Shown here: piece after piece, positions 20,354 to 29,472 of the stretch
Position numbering within the stretch: position 1 is the stretch's first letter
Layout of the letters: each line of letters begins with the position of its first letter
From: an uncultured Bacteroidales bacterium
GTDB taxonomy: Bacteria; Bacteroidota; Bacteroidia; Bacteroidales; WCHB1-69
NCBI GenBank assembly: GCA_900315245.1
Contig: OMYJ01000009.1
Location: forward strand, 14,775-78,774
Direction: 5' to 3'
DNA length: 64,000 nt
Translations under genes and position numbers: made by a program
The notes under the pieces: generated by a model
What the model was told of the DNA's origin: nothing
Database searches by the model: none
The model's input: only the letters and a program-made list of their open reading frames with translations

Positions 20354-21817
20354 ATGAAAAGATTTTTTACTACAATGTTATTATGTTGTCTGACAGCGGC
20401 TTTCATACAGGCGCAGCCGGTGACACTGACGTTCACTGGGCGCGATGCTAGCAATCAATATATTCCTTTGACCCGTGTGGTCGCCAGCAACCTCACTAAG
20501 GGCTGGCAGGAGACGCTAGTGTGGCCCGACACCGTGTTGGTGATGACAGCCACGGGCATCGGGGATTTTGAGACGTTTCAGGAAACGTCTCTACGGCTGT
20601 CGCAAAACAACCCCAATCCGTTTGACGGTACCACGTTCGTAAATCTGCAGGTGGCGGAAAAGGGCGATGTGGCGGTGGAAATCACCGACATTGCCGGACG
20701 GGTTGTAGAGACGTTTCATGAAACGTCTCTACAAGCAGGGTGCCATCCGTTACGTATCACCCTTTCCTCGCCCGGTCTCTATTTTCTGACAGCGCGCCAG
20801 GACGGTCGCACCGCCTCGGTGAAGATGGTGAACAGAGGCAACGGTGGCGGCAATGCCGTTGCGTTTGCCGGCATTGTAGAGACGTTGCACGCAACGTCTC
20901 TACCGCAACCCAAAATTGCCCACCGAGGTGCTACCGACAACCCGTTCGACCTCGGCGACCAGATGGAATATGTGGGTTACGCTCTCATCAACTTTGAGGA
21001 GGTGGAGAGCGACCACGTAATGCAGGTACAGGATGCCTCGCAGACGGTGGTACTGACGTTCCCCAACTCGCAAAGTGACGGCTTACCGTGCCCCGCCACT
21101 CCCACAGTGACCGACCACGAGGGTAACGTGTATGCCACGGTGCAGATTGGCGACCAGTGCTGGATGCGCGACAACCTGCGGACCACCACCTCGCCGAGCA
21201 CGGGAACATATCTCATCCCAGCCGCGGGCACAGATTACACCTGCGCGGGCAAACAGGCGTTCTGGTACAACAACGACTCAGCGACGTATGCTCCGATGAA
21301 CTACGGCCTGCTGTACAACTGGAACGCTGCGGTGGACACGTTCAACACGGCCTACGGGGAGACGAGTGTGAACACGGACTACAACAATGCCGTATTCGTG
21401 ACCTTCAGCGGCCACCGCCGGGGCATCTGCCCGGCGGGCTGGCATCTGCCGAGCGATGCGGAGTTGACAGCACTCACCGACTATGTGAGCAGCCAGAGCG
21501 GATACATCTTTGGTGGCAACAGCAGTTTCATCGCCAAGGCGTTGGCCTCCACGGAAGGGTGGAACACAATCGATAGCACTTGTGCGGTGGGCAACGACCC
21601 GAGCTTGAACAATGCCACGGGTTTTTCCGCCGTTCCGGCAGGCTACTGCAGCGGTTCGTCGTTCGAAACCGCAGGCCACAGTGCCTACTTCTGGTCCTCC
21701 ACGGAGTACGGTATGATCCATGCGTGGATCCGCGGCCTGGACTACAACTACGCGGACGTGGTCAGGTACGAGAGCCTCAAGGGCTACGGCTATTCCGTCC
21801 GCTGCCTCCGCGATTAA
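20354..21817 (+). CDS. Secreted protein with an internal T9SS-CTD-like Ig domain and a C-terminal FISUMP (Fibrobacter succinogenes major paralogous) domain
   Basis: Signal peptide; LSQNNPNPF...GLYFL CTD-like segment; DHEGNVYATVQIGDQCWMRDNLR, YGLLYNW, CPAGWHLPS, GYSVRCLRD; TACTTTTG box at 20321-20328. Confidence 0.85.
   Translation: MKRFFTTMLLCCLTAAFIQAQPVTLTFTGRDASNQYIPLTRVVASNLTKGWQETLVWPDTVLVMTATGIGDFETFQETSLRLSQNNPNPFDGTTFVNLQVAEKGDVAVEITDIAGRVVETFHETSLQAGCHPLRITLSSPGLYFLTARQDGRTASVKMVNRGNGGGNAVAFAGIVETLHATSLPQPKIAHRGATDNPFDLGDQMEYVGYALINFEEVESDHVMQVQDASQTVVLTFPNSQSDGLPCPATPTVTDHEGNVYATVQIGDQCWMRDNLRTTTSPSTGTYLIPAAGTDYTCAGKQAFWYNNDSATYAPMNYGLLYNWNAAVDTFNTAYGETSVNTDYNNAVFVTFSGHRRGICPAGWHLPSDAELTALTDYVSSQSGYIFGGNSSFIAKALASTEGWNTIDSTCAVGNDPSLNNATGFSAVPAGYCSGSSFETAGHSAYFWSSTEYGMIHAWIRGLDYNYADVVRYESLKGYGYSVRCLRD
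20567..20594. repeat. REP palindrome, in frame in CDS (FETFQETSL)
   Basis: TTTGAGACGTTTCAGGAAACGTCTCTAC. Confidence 0.8.
20703..20734. repeat. REP palindrome, in frame in CDS (VETFHETSL)
   Basis: Perfect 32-bp palindrome TTGTAGAGACGTTTCATGAAACGTCTCTACAA. Confidence 0.85.
20876..20903. repeat. REP palindrome, in frame in CDS (VETLHATSL)
   Basis: GTAGAGACGTTGCACGCAACGTCTCTAC. Confidence 0.85.
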
Positions 21818-21863
21818 AAAAACAGACCCCAAAAGCGGGGAGCCGACGATAGGAGGCCTTTTC

Positions 21864-21890
21864 AATGTAGAATGTACAATGTAGAATGTT
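21864..21890. repeat. Heptamer array AATGTA[GC], about 4 units
   Basis: Read directly; same unit family as 14381-14422. Confidence 0.75.
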
Positions 21891-21997
21891 ATAATAGGGC
21901 GTGGCCGGTGGGGCTGCGCCTTTTATGGAGCCAGCTGCGTCCTCGCAGTTGGGCGTGTCTCGTTTCCGGTTGCCCTTGCGGGTCGGCACCCAGTAAC

Positions 21998-22026
21998 GAA
22001 AAGAGGGAGGCTCTCACCTCCCTCTT
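21998..22026 (-). terminator. Intrinsic terminator of infC-rpmI-rplT
   Basis: AAGAGGGAGG-ctctca-CCTCCCTCTT hairpin with a short U-run on the minus strand. Confidence 0.7.
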
Positions 22027-22072
22027 CGTATATAACAAATACAAATGAACTAAAAAAAACGGCGTTGTCGGT

Positions 22073-22417
22073 TTATTTTACCAAATCGACGATGGCCTTG
22101 AATGCCTCAGGATTATTCATCGCGAGGTCGGCGAGAGCTTTGCGGTTGAGCGCAACGTTCTTCTTTGCTAAATTGCCCATCAGGACAGAGTAAGACATTC
22201 CATATTCACGGGCACCGGCGTTGATACGGGTGATCCACAGGCTTCTGAAATTTCTCTTTTTCGCTTTTCTGTCACGATAGGCGTATTGCTGGCCTTTCTC
22301 CCACGAGTTTACCGCAACGGTCCAGACGTTTTTGCGTTTTCCGAAATAACCGCGGGTACGTTTTAAAATCTTTTTTCTTCTTGCTCTTGAAGCAACATGA
22401 TTAACTGATCTTGACAT
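22073..22417 (-). CDS. rplT: 50S ribosomal protein L20
   Basis: [34 protein letters not shown]. Confidence 0.98.
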   Translation of the reverse strand: MSRSVNHVASRARRKKILKRTRGYFGKRKNVWTVAVNSWEKGQQYAYRDRKAKKRNFRSLWITRINAGAREYGMSYSVLMGNLAKKNVALNRKALADLAMNNPEAFKAIVDLVK

Positions 22418-22502
22418 AACTTTTTTTCCTTTCTGTTCGCGTCAGTGGCATAAAGCGCTTCGGGAACTGAACGTGAACGTTTTTGTTTGTTAATTAATTA
22501 AT

Positions 22503-22700
22503 TTAGCACTGTCCGAGCATTTGCTTGACGGTGCGATCCAGGTTTTGTTCGACAATAGCACTATAAGCCAGGTTACGTTTTCTCTTTTTGGTTTTTTTGG
22601 TGAGAATGTGGCTATGGTAAGCATGATGTCTCTTGATTTTTCCGGTGCCGGTCAAAGTGAATCTCTTCTTGGCAGCGGATTTCGTTTTAATTTTCGGCAT
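22503..22700 (-). CDS. rpmI: 50S ribosomal protein L35
   Basis: [24 protein letters not shown]; position between infC and rplT. Confidence 0.98.
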   Translation of the reverse strand: MPKIKTKSAAKKRFTLTGTGKIKRHHAYHSHILTKKTKKRKRNLAYSAIVEQNLDRTVKQMLGQC

Positions 22701-22743
22701 TTCTAATTGATTTTTAAGGTTTATATATAGTATTTGTTATATA

Positions 22744-23304
22744 TTACTTTTTGGGTTTCGGCACCATGAGGATGGTCATGTTGCGTCCAGTCAGGACCGG
22801 CATCTGATCTACTTTGCCGTAATCCTGGAGGCGTTCGGCGAATTTGAGGAGTTCCAGCTCACCATTGTCTTTGTAGATGATGCTGCGGCCGCGGAAGGTC
22901 ATGATGATCTTCACCTTGTAGCCGTCTTGCAGGAAACGGATGGCGTGGTTGCACTTGAACTCCACATCATGTTCGCTGATCTGCGGACTCAAACGTATCT
23001 CTTTAATCTCCGTCTTGGCGCTGTTCGCCTTGATCTCTTTCAGTTTTTTCTTCTGTTCGTACAGATATTTCTGGTAATCCATCACTTTGCACACAGGAGG
23101 ATTGGCCTGAGGGGAAATCTCCACCAGATCCAAGCCGTATTCATCAGCAATGGAAAGCGCCTCACGCAACGAGACGATTCGGGGTTCAATGTTGTCGCCC
23201 ACCACACGCACGACCTGCGCCGTGATATAGTTGTTGATACGGTGTTGGGCTTCTTTTTTGTTTTTAGGGCCGAAACCTTTGTTCGGACGGTTGTTCTGAG
23301 CGAT
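22744..23304 (-). CDS. infC: Translation initiation factor IF-3 (probable non-AUG ATC start)
   Basis: DLVEISPQANPPVCKVMDY, KEIRLSPQISEHD. A promoter box at 23358-23365 lies inside the track's N-terminus, and no in-frame ATG precedes the conserved domain. Confidence 0.93.
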   Translation of the reverse strand: MAQNNRPNKGFGPKNKKEAQHRINNYITAQVVRVVGDNIEPRIVSLREALSIADEYGLDLVEISPQANPPVCKVMDYQKYLYEQKKKLKEIKANSAKTEIKEIRLSPQISEHDVEFKCNHAIRFLQDGYKVKIIMTFRGRSIIYKDNGELELLKFAERLQDYGKVDQMPVLTGRNMTILMVPKPKK

Positions 23305-23434
23305 GACCAAATTCTTTCTTTTTAGTGTAAAAACTTTATTTATAATTTTTTGGGCGGCAAAAATACACAATTTTTAATTGTATAATTCGTTTTCTCATTT
23401 TTTTTATTTTTGCAGCCTTATATTTATACTGAAA

Positions 23435-24298
23435 ATGAAGAAGACGATTATCGCTATATTGGTGTTTTGCACAGCGTTGCTGACATTCCCCACTGCGCCT
23501 GTGCAAGCACAAAATTCAGAGGTGGGAGCTTGTGTGGGGACTATGTTCTACCTTGGAGATCTGAATCCGAAAAAGCTTTTCGCTCAGCCTCATGTGGCAG
23601 CCGGACTGGTCTATCGCTATAACATCTCCCCTCGTTGGGCTATCAAAGCGGACTTCATGTTCGGGAAAGTGTCCGCAAGTGACTCCCTGACCAACAACGG
23701 ATATGCCCGCAATCTCAGTTTCTCCTCCCCGATCACAGAATTTTCTGTTGTCGGCGAGCTGAACTTTTTTCAATTATACACCTCTACGGGAAAGAATCAC
23801 TTTGCCCCTTACATTTTTGCCGGTGTCACTGTCTTCTCTTTCAATCCGATGACAGAATACAATAACGAAACATACGAACTACAAAGCTTGGGCACGGAAG
23901 GACAAGGGCTGAACGACATGCCAAAGAAATATTCTCTGACACATTTCGCCTTACCTTTTGGCATCGGATTCCGCTTTAATATCGGAAGATATGTCAGTTT
24001 GGGCGCCGAATGGAGTTTCCGGTACACCTTCACCGATTATCTGGATGATGTGGGCGGAACTTATTACGACAACGAGCTGCTGCGGGAACAGCGCGGCGAC
24101 ATCATCGCTAACTTGGCAGACAGGTCTCCCGAACTTACAGATCCTGATGGAAATCCGCTCCCGTTGCACCAAGCAGGCGAACAAAGAGGCAATCCCACCA
24201 CACACGACCTCTATTCGTTTGCCGGCGCCACCCTGACCGTGAAATTCGGCAATTCGGACAGAACCTGCGAATTAAAAAAGAAACGTAAGAAATACTAA
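23435..24298 (+). CDS. DUF6089 / PorG-like outer-membrane beta-barrel protein
   Basis: Signal peptide, FYLGDLNP, LGTEGQ, RYTFTDYLDDV; typical position upstream of uppS-bamA-skp. Confidence 0.75.
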   Translation: MKKTIIAILVFCTALLTFPTAPVQAQNSEVGACVGTMFYLGDLNPKKLFAQPHVAAGLVYRYNISPRWAIKADFMFGKVSASDSLTNNGYARNLSFSSPITEFSVVGELNFFQLYTSTGKNHFAPYIFAGVTVFSFNPMTEYNNETYELQSLGTEGQGLNDMPKKYSLTHFALPFGIGFRFNIGRYVSLGAEWSFRYTFTDYLDDVGGTYYDNELLREQRGDIIANLADRSPELTDPDGNPLPLHQAGEQRGNPTTHDLYSFAGATLTVKFGNSDRTCELKKKRKKY

Positions 24299-24303
24299 TA
24301 AAT

Positions 24304-25026
24304 ATGGAAAAAGAGATCAAACACATAGCTATCATCATGGATGGCAACGGCCGTTGGGCTCAACAACACGGCCATGAACGTATTTACGGTCACTTGAAAG
24401 GCGTGGATTCCGCACGCGATGTCGTGAAAGGTGCCAATGCACTCCACATCCCCTACCTCACCTTGTATGCTTTCTCCACTGAAAACTGGAATCGTCCGAC
24501 AGATGAAGTCAACTATCTCTTCGAATTGATGGCTGAAACGTTCCTCAAGGAAATCGAAAACCTGATCAGAGACAACATCCGGGTTGTATTCTCCGGCCGG
24601 ATCGACACCCTTCCCGAAGCCACCAAAAAGGTCATCATGGACACGATTGAACAGTCCGCACATTGTACGGGCACCACGGTGAACATGGCCATCAGCTACA
24701 GCGGCCGGGCGGAACTTGCCGACACGGCCAAACAAATCGCCCGTCAAGTCGCCGAAGGCAAACTCAATCCTGAAGAGATTGACGAGCAAACCATTTGCCA
24801 AAACCTTTATCATCCGGAAATCCCCGATGTGGATCTGATGATTCGCACCGCCGGAGACCAACGTATCAGCAACTTCCTGCTGTGGCAACTGGCATACGCG
24901 GAACTGTTCTTCACACCAGTTATGTGGCCTGAATTCCGCAGAGAACACCTGAAGGAAATCATCGACCAGTTTTCCCACCGTGAACGCCGTTTCGGAAAAA
25001 CTGGCGAACAAGTCCGAGCACATTGA
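24304..25026 (+). CDS. uppS: Undecaprenyl diphosphate synthase
   Basis: HIAIIMDGNGRWA, YAFSTENWNRP, IRTAGDQRISNFLLWQLAYAE. Confidence 0.97.
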   Translation: MEKEIKHIAIIMDGNGRWAQQHGHERIYGHLKGVDSARDVVKGANALHIPYLTLYAFSTENWNRPTDEVNYLFELMAETFLKEIENLIRDNIRVVFSGRIDTLPEATKKVIMDTIEQSAHCTGTTVNMAISYSGRAELADTAKQIARQVAEGKLNPEEIDEQTICQNLYHPEIPDVDLMIRTAGDQRISNFLLWQLAYAELFFTPVMWPEFRREHLKEIIDQFSHRERRFGKTGEQVRAH

Positions 25027-25062
25027 TATTTTCACTATCTTTGCCGACTTTTCTTGAGAAGA

Positions 25063-27675
25063 ATGCGTTTGTTGCAAAATATTGTCCTAGTGCTGGTTAT
25101 ATGTCTCAGCACCCTCGCCGCCCGTGCACAAGTTGTGGTCGGGGGTGGTGTGCCTGACAATCCCTTGAAAATCGACTACTCGGATCCCAAGACATACGAA
25201 ATCGGCGGCATCACCTCCTCGGGAACCGCTCCGCTCGACCAACGGGTGCTTCCTTTCCATGTCGGTGATGTAATTGAAGTTCCTGGGGAAAAAATCTCCA
25301 AGGCTGTCAAAAGCTTATGGAACACCGGCTTGTACGAGGACGTGGAGATTACAGCCACCCGCGTGCAAGGAAACCTCATCTTCCTGGACATTCGGCTTGA
25401 AGACCGCTCCCGACTCAGCGCATTCGGCTTCAAGGGCACTACAAAAACCGAGGAAAACGACCTCCGGGAAAAACTGAACATCTCCCAGGGCAATATCGTG
25501 AATGACAATATGATCATCACGTGCAAGAACATCATCCGCAAATATTACATTGACAAAGGCTTCTTCGTATGCGATGTGGATGTGCAGCAGATTCCCAACG
25601 AGAAAATCAAAAATGCCGTCAACCTCCTTTTCGACATTCATAAGTCTAAAAAAGTCAAGATTGACAAAATCACCATCAATGGCAACAAAGGAGTCACAGA
25701 TGCCGTCCTGCTCCGCTCCATGAAGGAAACCAAAGAAAAATTCCGTTTCATGCCCCTTTACAAGGCGGACACTGCCATCGCATACCTCTTCAAACACAAA
25801 GGCTATTATCAATCCAAGGATATCAAAGACCATTTGGACAACTATTTTGCGGATCGTGTAAAGCTCAGAATATTCAAGCCTTCCAAATTCATTAAGGAAA
25901 GTTATGAAAAAGACAAGGTGAACCTTATCAACCGGTATAATGAACTCGGGTACCGCGACGCAGTCATCACTCACGACACCTTCTACGTCAAAAGGAACAA
26001 CATGTACATTGACATAGACGTTGATGAGGGTGCGCAGTATTATTTCCGGAACATCTCGTTTGTAGGCAATACCATCTACCCCACTTCGCTTCTCAAACAA
26101 CTGCTCGGCATCAGCAAAGGCGACATCTATAACCAGAGCCTGCTGACCAAAAACCTGACCATGAAGGAAGACGGCGAGGATATTGCCTCCCTTTACATGA
26201 ACAACGGTTACTTGTTCTTCAGCGCCAACCCCGTGGAAGTCGGTATTGATGGCGATTCCATTGATATCGAAATCCGTATCCGGGAGGGCAAGAAGGCCAA
26301 ATACAATCAGATTACGATTGCGGGCAACACCAAGACGAATGACAACGTGATTCTTCGTGAACTCACCACCATTCCCGGACAGCTGTTCAACCGCGCCGAC
26401 ATTATCCGTTCGCAACAGGTGCTGATGGCCATGGGGTACTTCAACCAAGAGAAGATGGACGTTCAGCCGCGCCCGAATGAAACCGACGGCACCGTGGACA
26501 TCAACTATGTGGTGGAGGAGACAACCTCCGACCAACTCTCGCTCTCTGCCGGATTCGGCGCCATGGGTTTCATGCTCACCGCCGGCATCGCCTTTAACAA
26601 TTTCTCCACAAAAAAGCTTTTCAAAAAAGACGCCTGGACCCCCATCCCTGGCGGTGACGGACAACGCATCGCCCTTAATGCCTCTGTCAGCACCAAATAC
26701 TACCAATACTACAATTTCTCTTTCACCGAACCCTGGTTGGGCGGAAAGAAACCCAACGCTCTTACTGTCGGCGCCTATTACCAAAAGCAGACCAACGGCT
26801 ATAACAAAAAAGATGACGACAAATACGCATACACCAGCATTGCAGGTGCATCTTTATCCATTGCCAACAAACTAAAATGGCCGGACGACTACTTCCAGAT
26901 GTCCCATACCTTGTCTTACGAATACTACAATGTGAAAAAATGGGGTTCCTTCATCTTCCCCACCGGCTATGCCCACAGCTTGAGCTATATTTTCACTATA
27001 TCCCGAAACTCAATCAACGCGCCTATCTATCCTCGTGAAGGTTCCGAAATCACCTTCTCCATGCAGCTGACACCGCCATATTCCGTCCTTTCGCATAAGG
27101 ACTACAGCAACGCCACTGACCAGGAGAAATACAAATTGTTGGAATATCACAAATGGAAACTCAGCGTGTCGTGGTTCACACGCATTGTGGACAACCTGGT
27201 GCTGAATGTGCGTATGAAAATGGGATTCATGGGGTGTTACAACAAAACCATCGGTATCTCCCCGTTCGGCAGATTCTATCTTGGCGGTGACGGCATGAGC
27301 AACTTCTCTTACGACGGCCGCGAGATCATCGGTATGCGCGGTTATGAAGACGATGTCCTCTCTCCCAATGTGAACGGCAGCGTCATCGGTGCCTCTATTT
27401 ACCAGAAATTCACCGCGGAACTGCGTTATCCGATCACCCTCAACCCATCGGCGACCGTTTATGTGCTGGCTTTTGTCGAAGCCGGTAAGGGCTGGATCGA
27501 CAAACGTGAGTACAACCCGTTCCAGATGCACAAGTCCGTCGGTTTAGGTGTGCGTGTCTATCTGCCGATGTTCGGCCTGCTTGGTTTCGACTGGGGTTAC
27601 GGTTTTGACCCCGTCCCCGGCATCTCCAACTGGCGGAAGCAGTTCCACATCTCCATAAACCAATCTATAGATTAA
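25063..27675 (+). CDS. bamA: Outer membrane protein assembly factor BamA
   Basis: POTRA repeats (GNTKTNDNVILREL), barrel with FYLGGDG...MRGY; synteny with skp; internal TATCTTTG box at 25036-25043. Confidence 0.93.
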   Translation: MRLLQNIVLVLVICLSTLAARAQVVVGGGVPDNPLKIDYSDPKTYEIGGITSSGTAPLDQRVLPFHVGDVIEVPGEKISKAVKSLWNTGLYEDVEITATRVQGNLIFLDIRLEDRSRLSAFGFKGTTKTEENDLREKLNISQGNIVNDNMIITCKNIIRKYYIDKGFFVCDVDVQQIPNEKIKNAVNLLFDIHKSKKVKIDKITINGNKGVTDAVLLRSMKETKEKFRFMPLYKADTAIAYLFKHKGYYQSKDIKDHLDNYFADRVKLRIFKPSKFIKESYEKDKVNLINRYNELGYRDAVITHDTFYVKRNNMYIDIDVDEGAQYYFRNISFVGNTIYPTSLLKQLLGISKGDIYNQSLLTKNLTMKEDGEDIASLYMNNGYLFFSANPVEVGIDGDSIDIEIRIREGKKAKYNQITIAGNTKTNDNVILRELTTIPGQLFNRADIIRSQQVLMAMGYFNQEKMDVQPRPNETDGTVDINYVVEETTSDQLSLSAGFGAMGFMLTAGIAFNNFSTKKLFKKDAWTPIPGGDGQRIALNASVSTKYYQYYNFSFTEPWLGGKKPNALTVGAYYQKQTNGYNKKDDDKYAYTSIAGASLSIANKLKWPDDYFQMSHTLSYEYYNVKKWGSFIFPTGYAHSLSYIFTISRNSINAPIYPREGSEITFSMQLTPPYSVLSHKDYSNATDQEKYKLLEYHKWKLSVSWFTRIVDNLVLNVRMKMGFMGCYNKTIGISPFGRFYLGGDGMSNFSYDGREIIGMRGYEDDVLSPNVNGSVIGASIYQKFTAELRYPITLNPSATVYVLAFVEAGKGWIDKREYNPFQMHKSVGLGVRVYLPMFGLLGFDWGYGFDPVPGISNWRKQFHISINQSID

Positions 27676-27729
27676 ACTTATGACAATATTATAGTCTTAC
27701 CAAAAGTTAACAATAAAAAAATATAAACG

Positions 27730-28263
27730 ATGAAAAAACAACTCTTATTCACAGGCTTATTGATGCTGATCGCGTTTTTCGGATTCGCACAGAAATATGC
27801 GTATATCAATTCCGAATACATTCTTTCCCAAATTCCTGAATACAAAGAGGCCCAGGCTGAATTAGACCGCGTGGCTGTGCTTTGGCAAAAGGAAATTGAA
27901 GCCAAATTCTCCACGATTGACTCCATGTACAAACGCTACCAGGTGGAGTCCATCACCCTTCCGGAGCAAATCAAACGGAGCCGTGAAGAAGCCATCATCG
28001 CCCAAGAAAAGGCTGCCAAAGATTTGCAAAAGAAACGTTTCGGTCAGGACGGCGACCTTTTCAAGAAACGCGAGGAACTGGTGAAACCCATCCAAGACCG
28101 TGTAATCAATGCCGTTAACGACTATGCCAAAGAAAAGGGTTATGCTTTCGTTTTCGACACCGCCGGCGATTTGACTATCATTTACGCCGACCCGAAATGG
28201 GACATCAACGAGCAGGTGCTCTCAAAAATGGGCATCTCCGTAAACAGAGATATGGATGAATAA
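27730..28263 (+). CDS. skp: OmpH/Skp periplasmic chaperone (copy 1)
   Basis: AQKYAYINSEYIL, LVKPIQD; downstream of bamA. Confidence 0.9.
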   Translation: MKKQLLFTGLLMLIAFFGFAQKYAYINSEYILSQIPEYKEAQAELDRVAVLWQKEIEAKFSTIDSMYKRYQVESITLPEQIKRSREEAIIAQEKAAKDLQKKRFGQDGDLFKKREELVKPIQDRVINAVNDYAKEKGYAFVFDTAGDLTIIYADPKWDINEQVLSKMGISVNRDMDE

Positions 28264-28292
28264 TATATAATAAGAACGTAAAGAAAATTTCA

Positions 28293-28790
28293 ATGAAAAA
28301 GATTGTTTTGATTTTGGCTATCGCCGGACTATTTTCTGTCCAAGCTGCCCATGCGCAAAAATATGGACACGTTAATTCAAGTGAAATTCTGGAAGTGATG
28401 CCGGGAATTGACTCTTTGCAAATCAAATTGCAAGCTTTCCAGCAAGATTTACAGTCTATGTATGAGAACATGATGACGGAATATCAAACTAAAAAGGAGA
28501 AATTTGACCGCGAAGTCGGTACCATGTCTTCCGCAGTGCGTCAAGTGCGTGAAAAAGAACTGATGGATCTGGGCAACCGCATTCAGGAATTCCAAGCCAG
28601 CGCGCAGGAAGACCTTGAGGACAAACAGTACGAGTTGGCCAAGCCTTTCCAAGATGCCATTCAAGAAGCTATCAACAAAGTGGCGAAAGCCAATGGCTAC
28701 TCCTACATCTTTGACACGAAAACGCTGCTGTACTACGGCACCTCCGATGATATCACCCCGCTGGTAAAAAAAGAACTTGGCATTAAATAG
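28293..28790 (+). CDS. skp: OmpH/Skp periplasmic chaperone (copy 2)
   Basis: AQKYGHVNS, GYSYIFD, DITPLVKKELGIK. Confidence 0.9.
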   Translation: MKKIVLILAIAGLFSVQAAHAQKYGHVNSSEILEVMPGIDSLQIKLQAFQQDLQSMYENMMTEYQTKKEKFDREVGTMSSAVRQVREKELMDLGNRIQEFQASAQEDLEDKQYELAKPFQDAIQEAINKVAKANGYSYIFDTKTLLYYGTSDDITPLVKKELGIK

Positions 28791-28798
28791 TGGCTATT

Positions 28799-29302
28799 AT
28801 GAAAAAAATCCTCATAATTTGCATTATTGCGGTGTGCTGCCTCACCGCCGGATATGCCCAAAAGGCGAAATTCGGGCATGTTGATTATGGCACTGTCATG
28901 AAGGAGATGCCCGGCATCGACACCGCACAACAAGCCTTGCTGGAATACCAGCAAGAGTTGGAAGCTGTGGGCAAACAGATGGCTGACGAGTTCAAGACCA
29001 AACAGGCCGAATACGCCAATCTGGCAAACACGACCACTTCCTCTGCCATCTTGAAAGTGAAAGAGGACGAATTGACGAAACTCTACACCCGACTTCAGGA
29101 TTTTGTTTCCTCCAGCGAGATGGATATCCAGAACAAACAAATCGAACTCCTCAAACCCTTCCAAGACAAACTTCTGGAGGCTATCAAAAAGGTGGCGGAA
29201 AACGGCAAATACACCTACATCTTCGACATCACCATGTGCGCTTACTACTCCGACACTGAAGATATTACCGCCGCCGTCAAGAACGAATTGGGTATCAAAT
29301 AA
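28799..29302 (+). CDS. skp: OmpH/Skp periplasmic chaperone (copy 3)
   Basis: KFGHVDY, YTYIFD, DITAAVKNELGIK; paralog of copy 2. Confidence 0.88.
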   Translation: MKKILIICIIAVCCLTAGYAQKAKFGHVDYGTVMKEMPGIDTAQQALLEYQQELEAVGKQMADEFKTKQAEYANLANTTTSSAILKVKEDELTKLYTRLQDFVSSSEMDIQNKQIELLKPFQDKLLEAIKKVAENGKYTYIFDITMCAYYSDTEDITAAVKNELGIK

Positions 29303-29328
29303 TTAAAACAGAAAAAAACGTATATCCC

Positions 29329-29358
29329 TGTAGAGACGCAAAATTTTGCGTCTCTACA
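29329..29358. repeat. REP palindrome TGTAGAGACGCAAAATTTTGCGTCTCTACA
   Basis: Perfect 30-bp palindrome just after the skp3 stop. Confidence 0.85.
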
Positions 29359-29410
29359 TTGTTTATATGACAATGTAACGATACTCTTGAAATAAACTAA
29401 CAACCCCAAA

Positions 29411-29467
29411 GTCTTACGTCTTACGTCTCACATCTTCAATAATCCATAACCTATAACCCATAACCAT
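29411..29467. repeat. Two abutting heptamer arrays (GTCTTAC-type, about 3.7 units; CCATAAC-type x4)
   Basis: Read directly; ends 5 nt before the dcp ATG. Confidence 0.8.
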
Positions 29468-29472
29468 TAAAA

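Noticed and set aside
25315-26784. 489-aa ORF antisense to bamA (likewise 34183-35379 opposite the S9 peptidase)
   Set aside because: Fully nested opposite well-supported genes; typical shadow ORFs.
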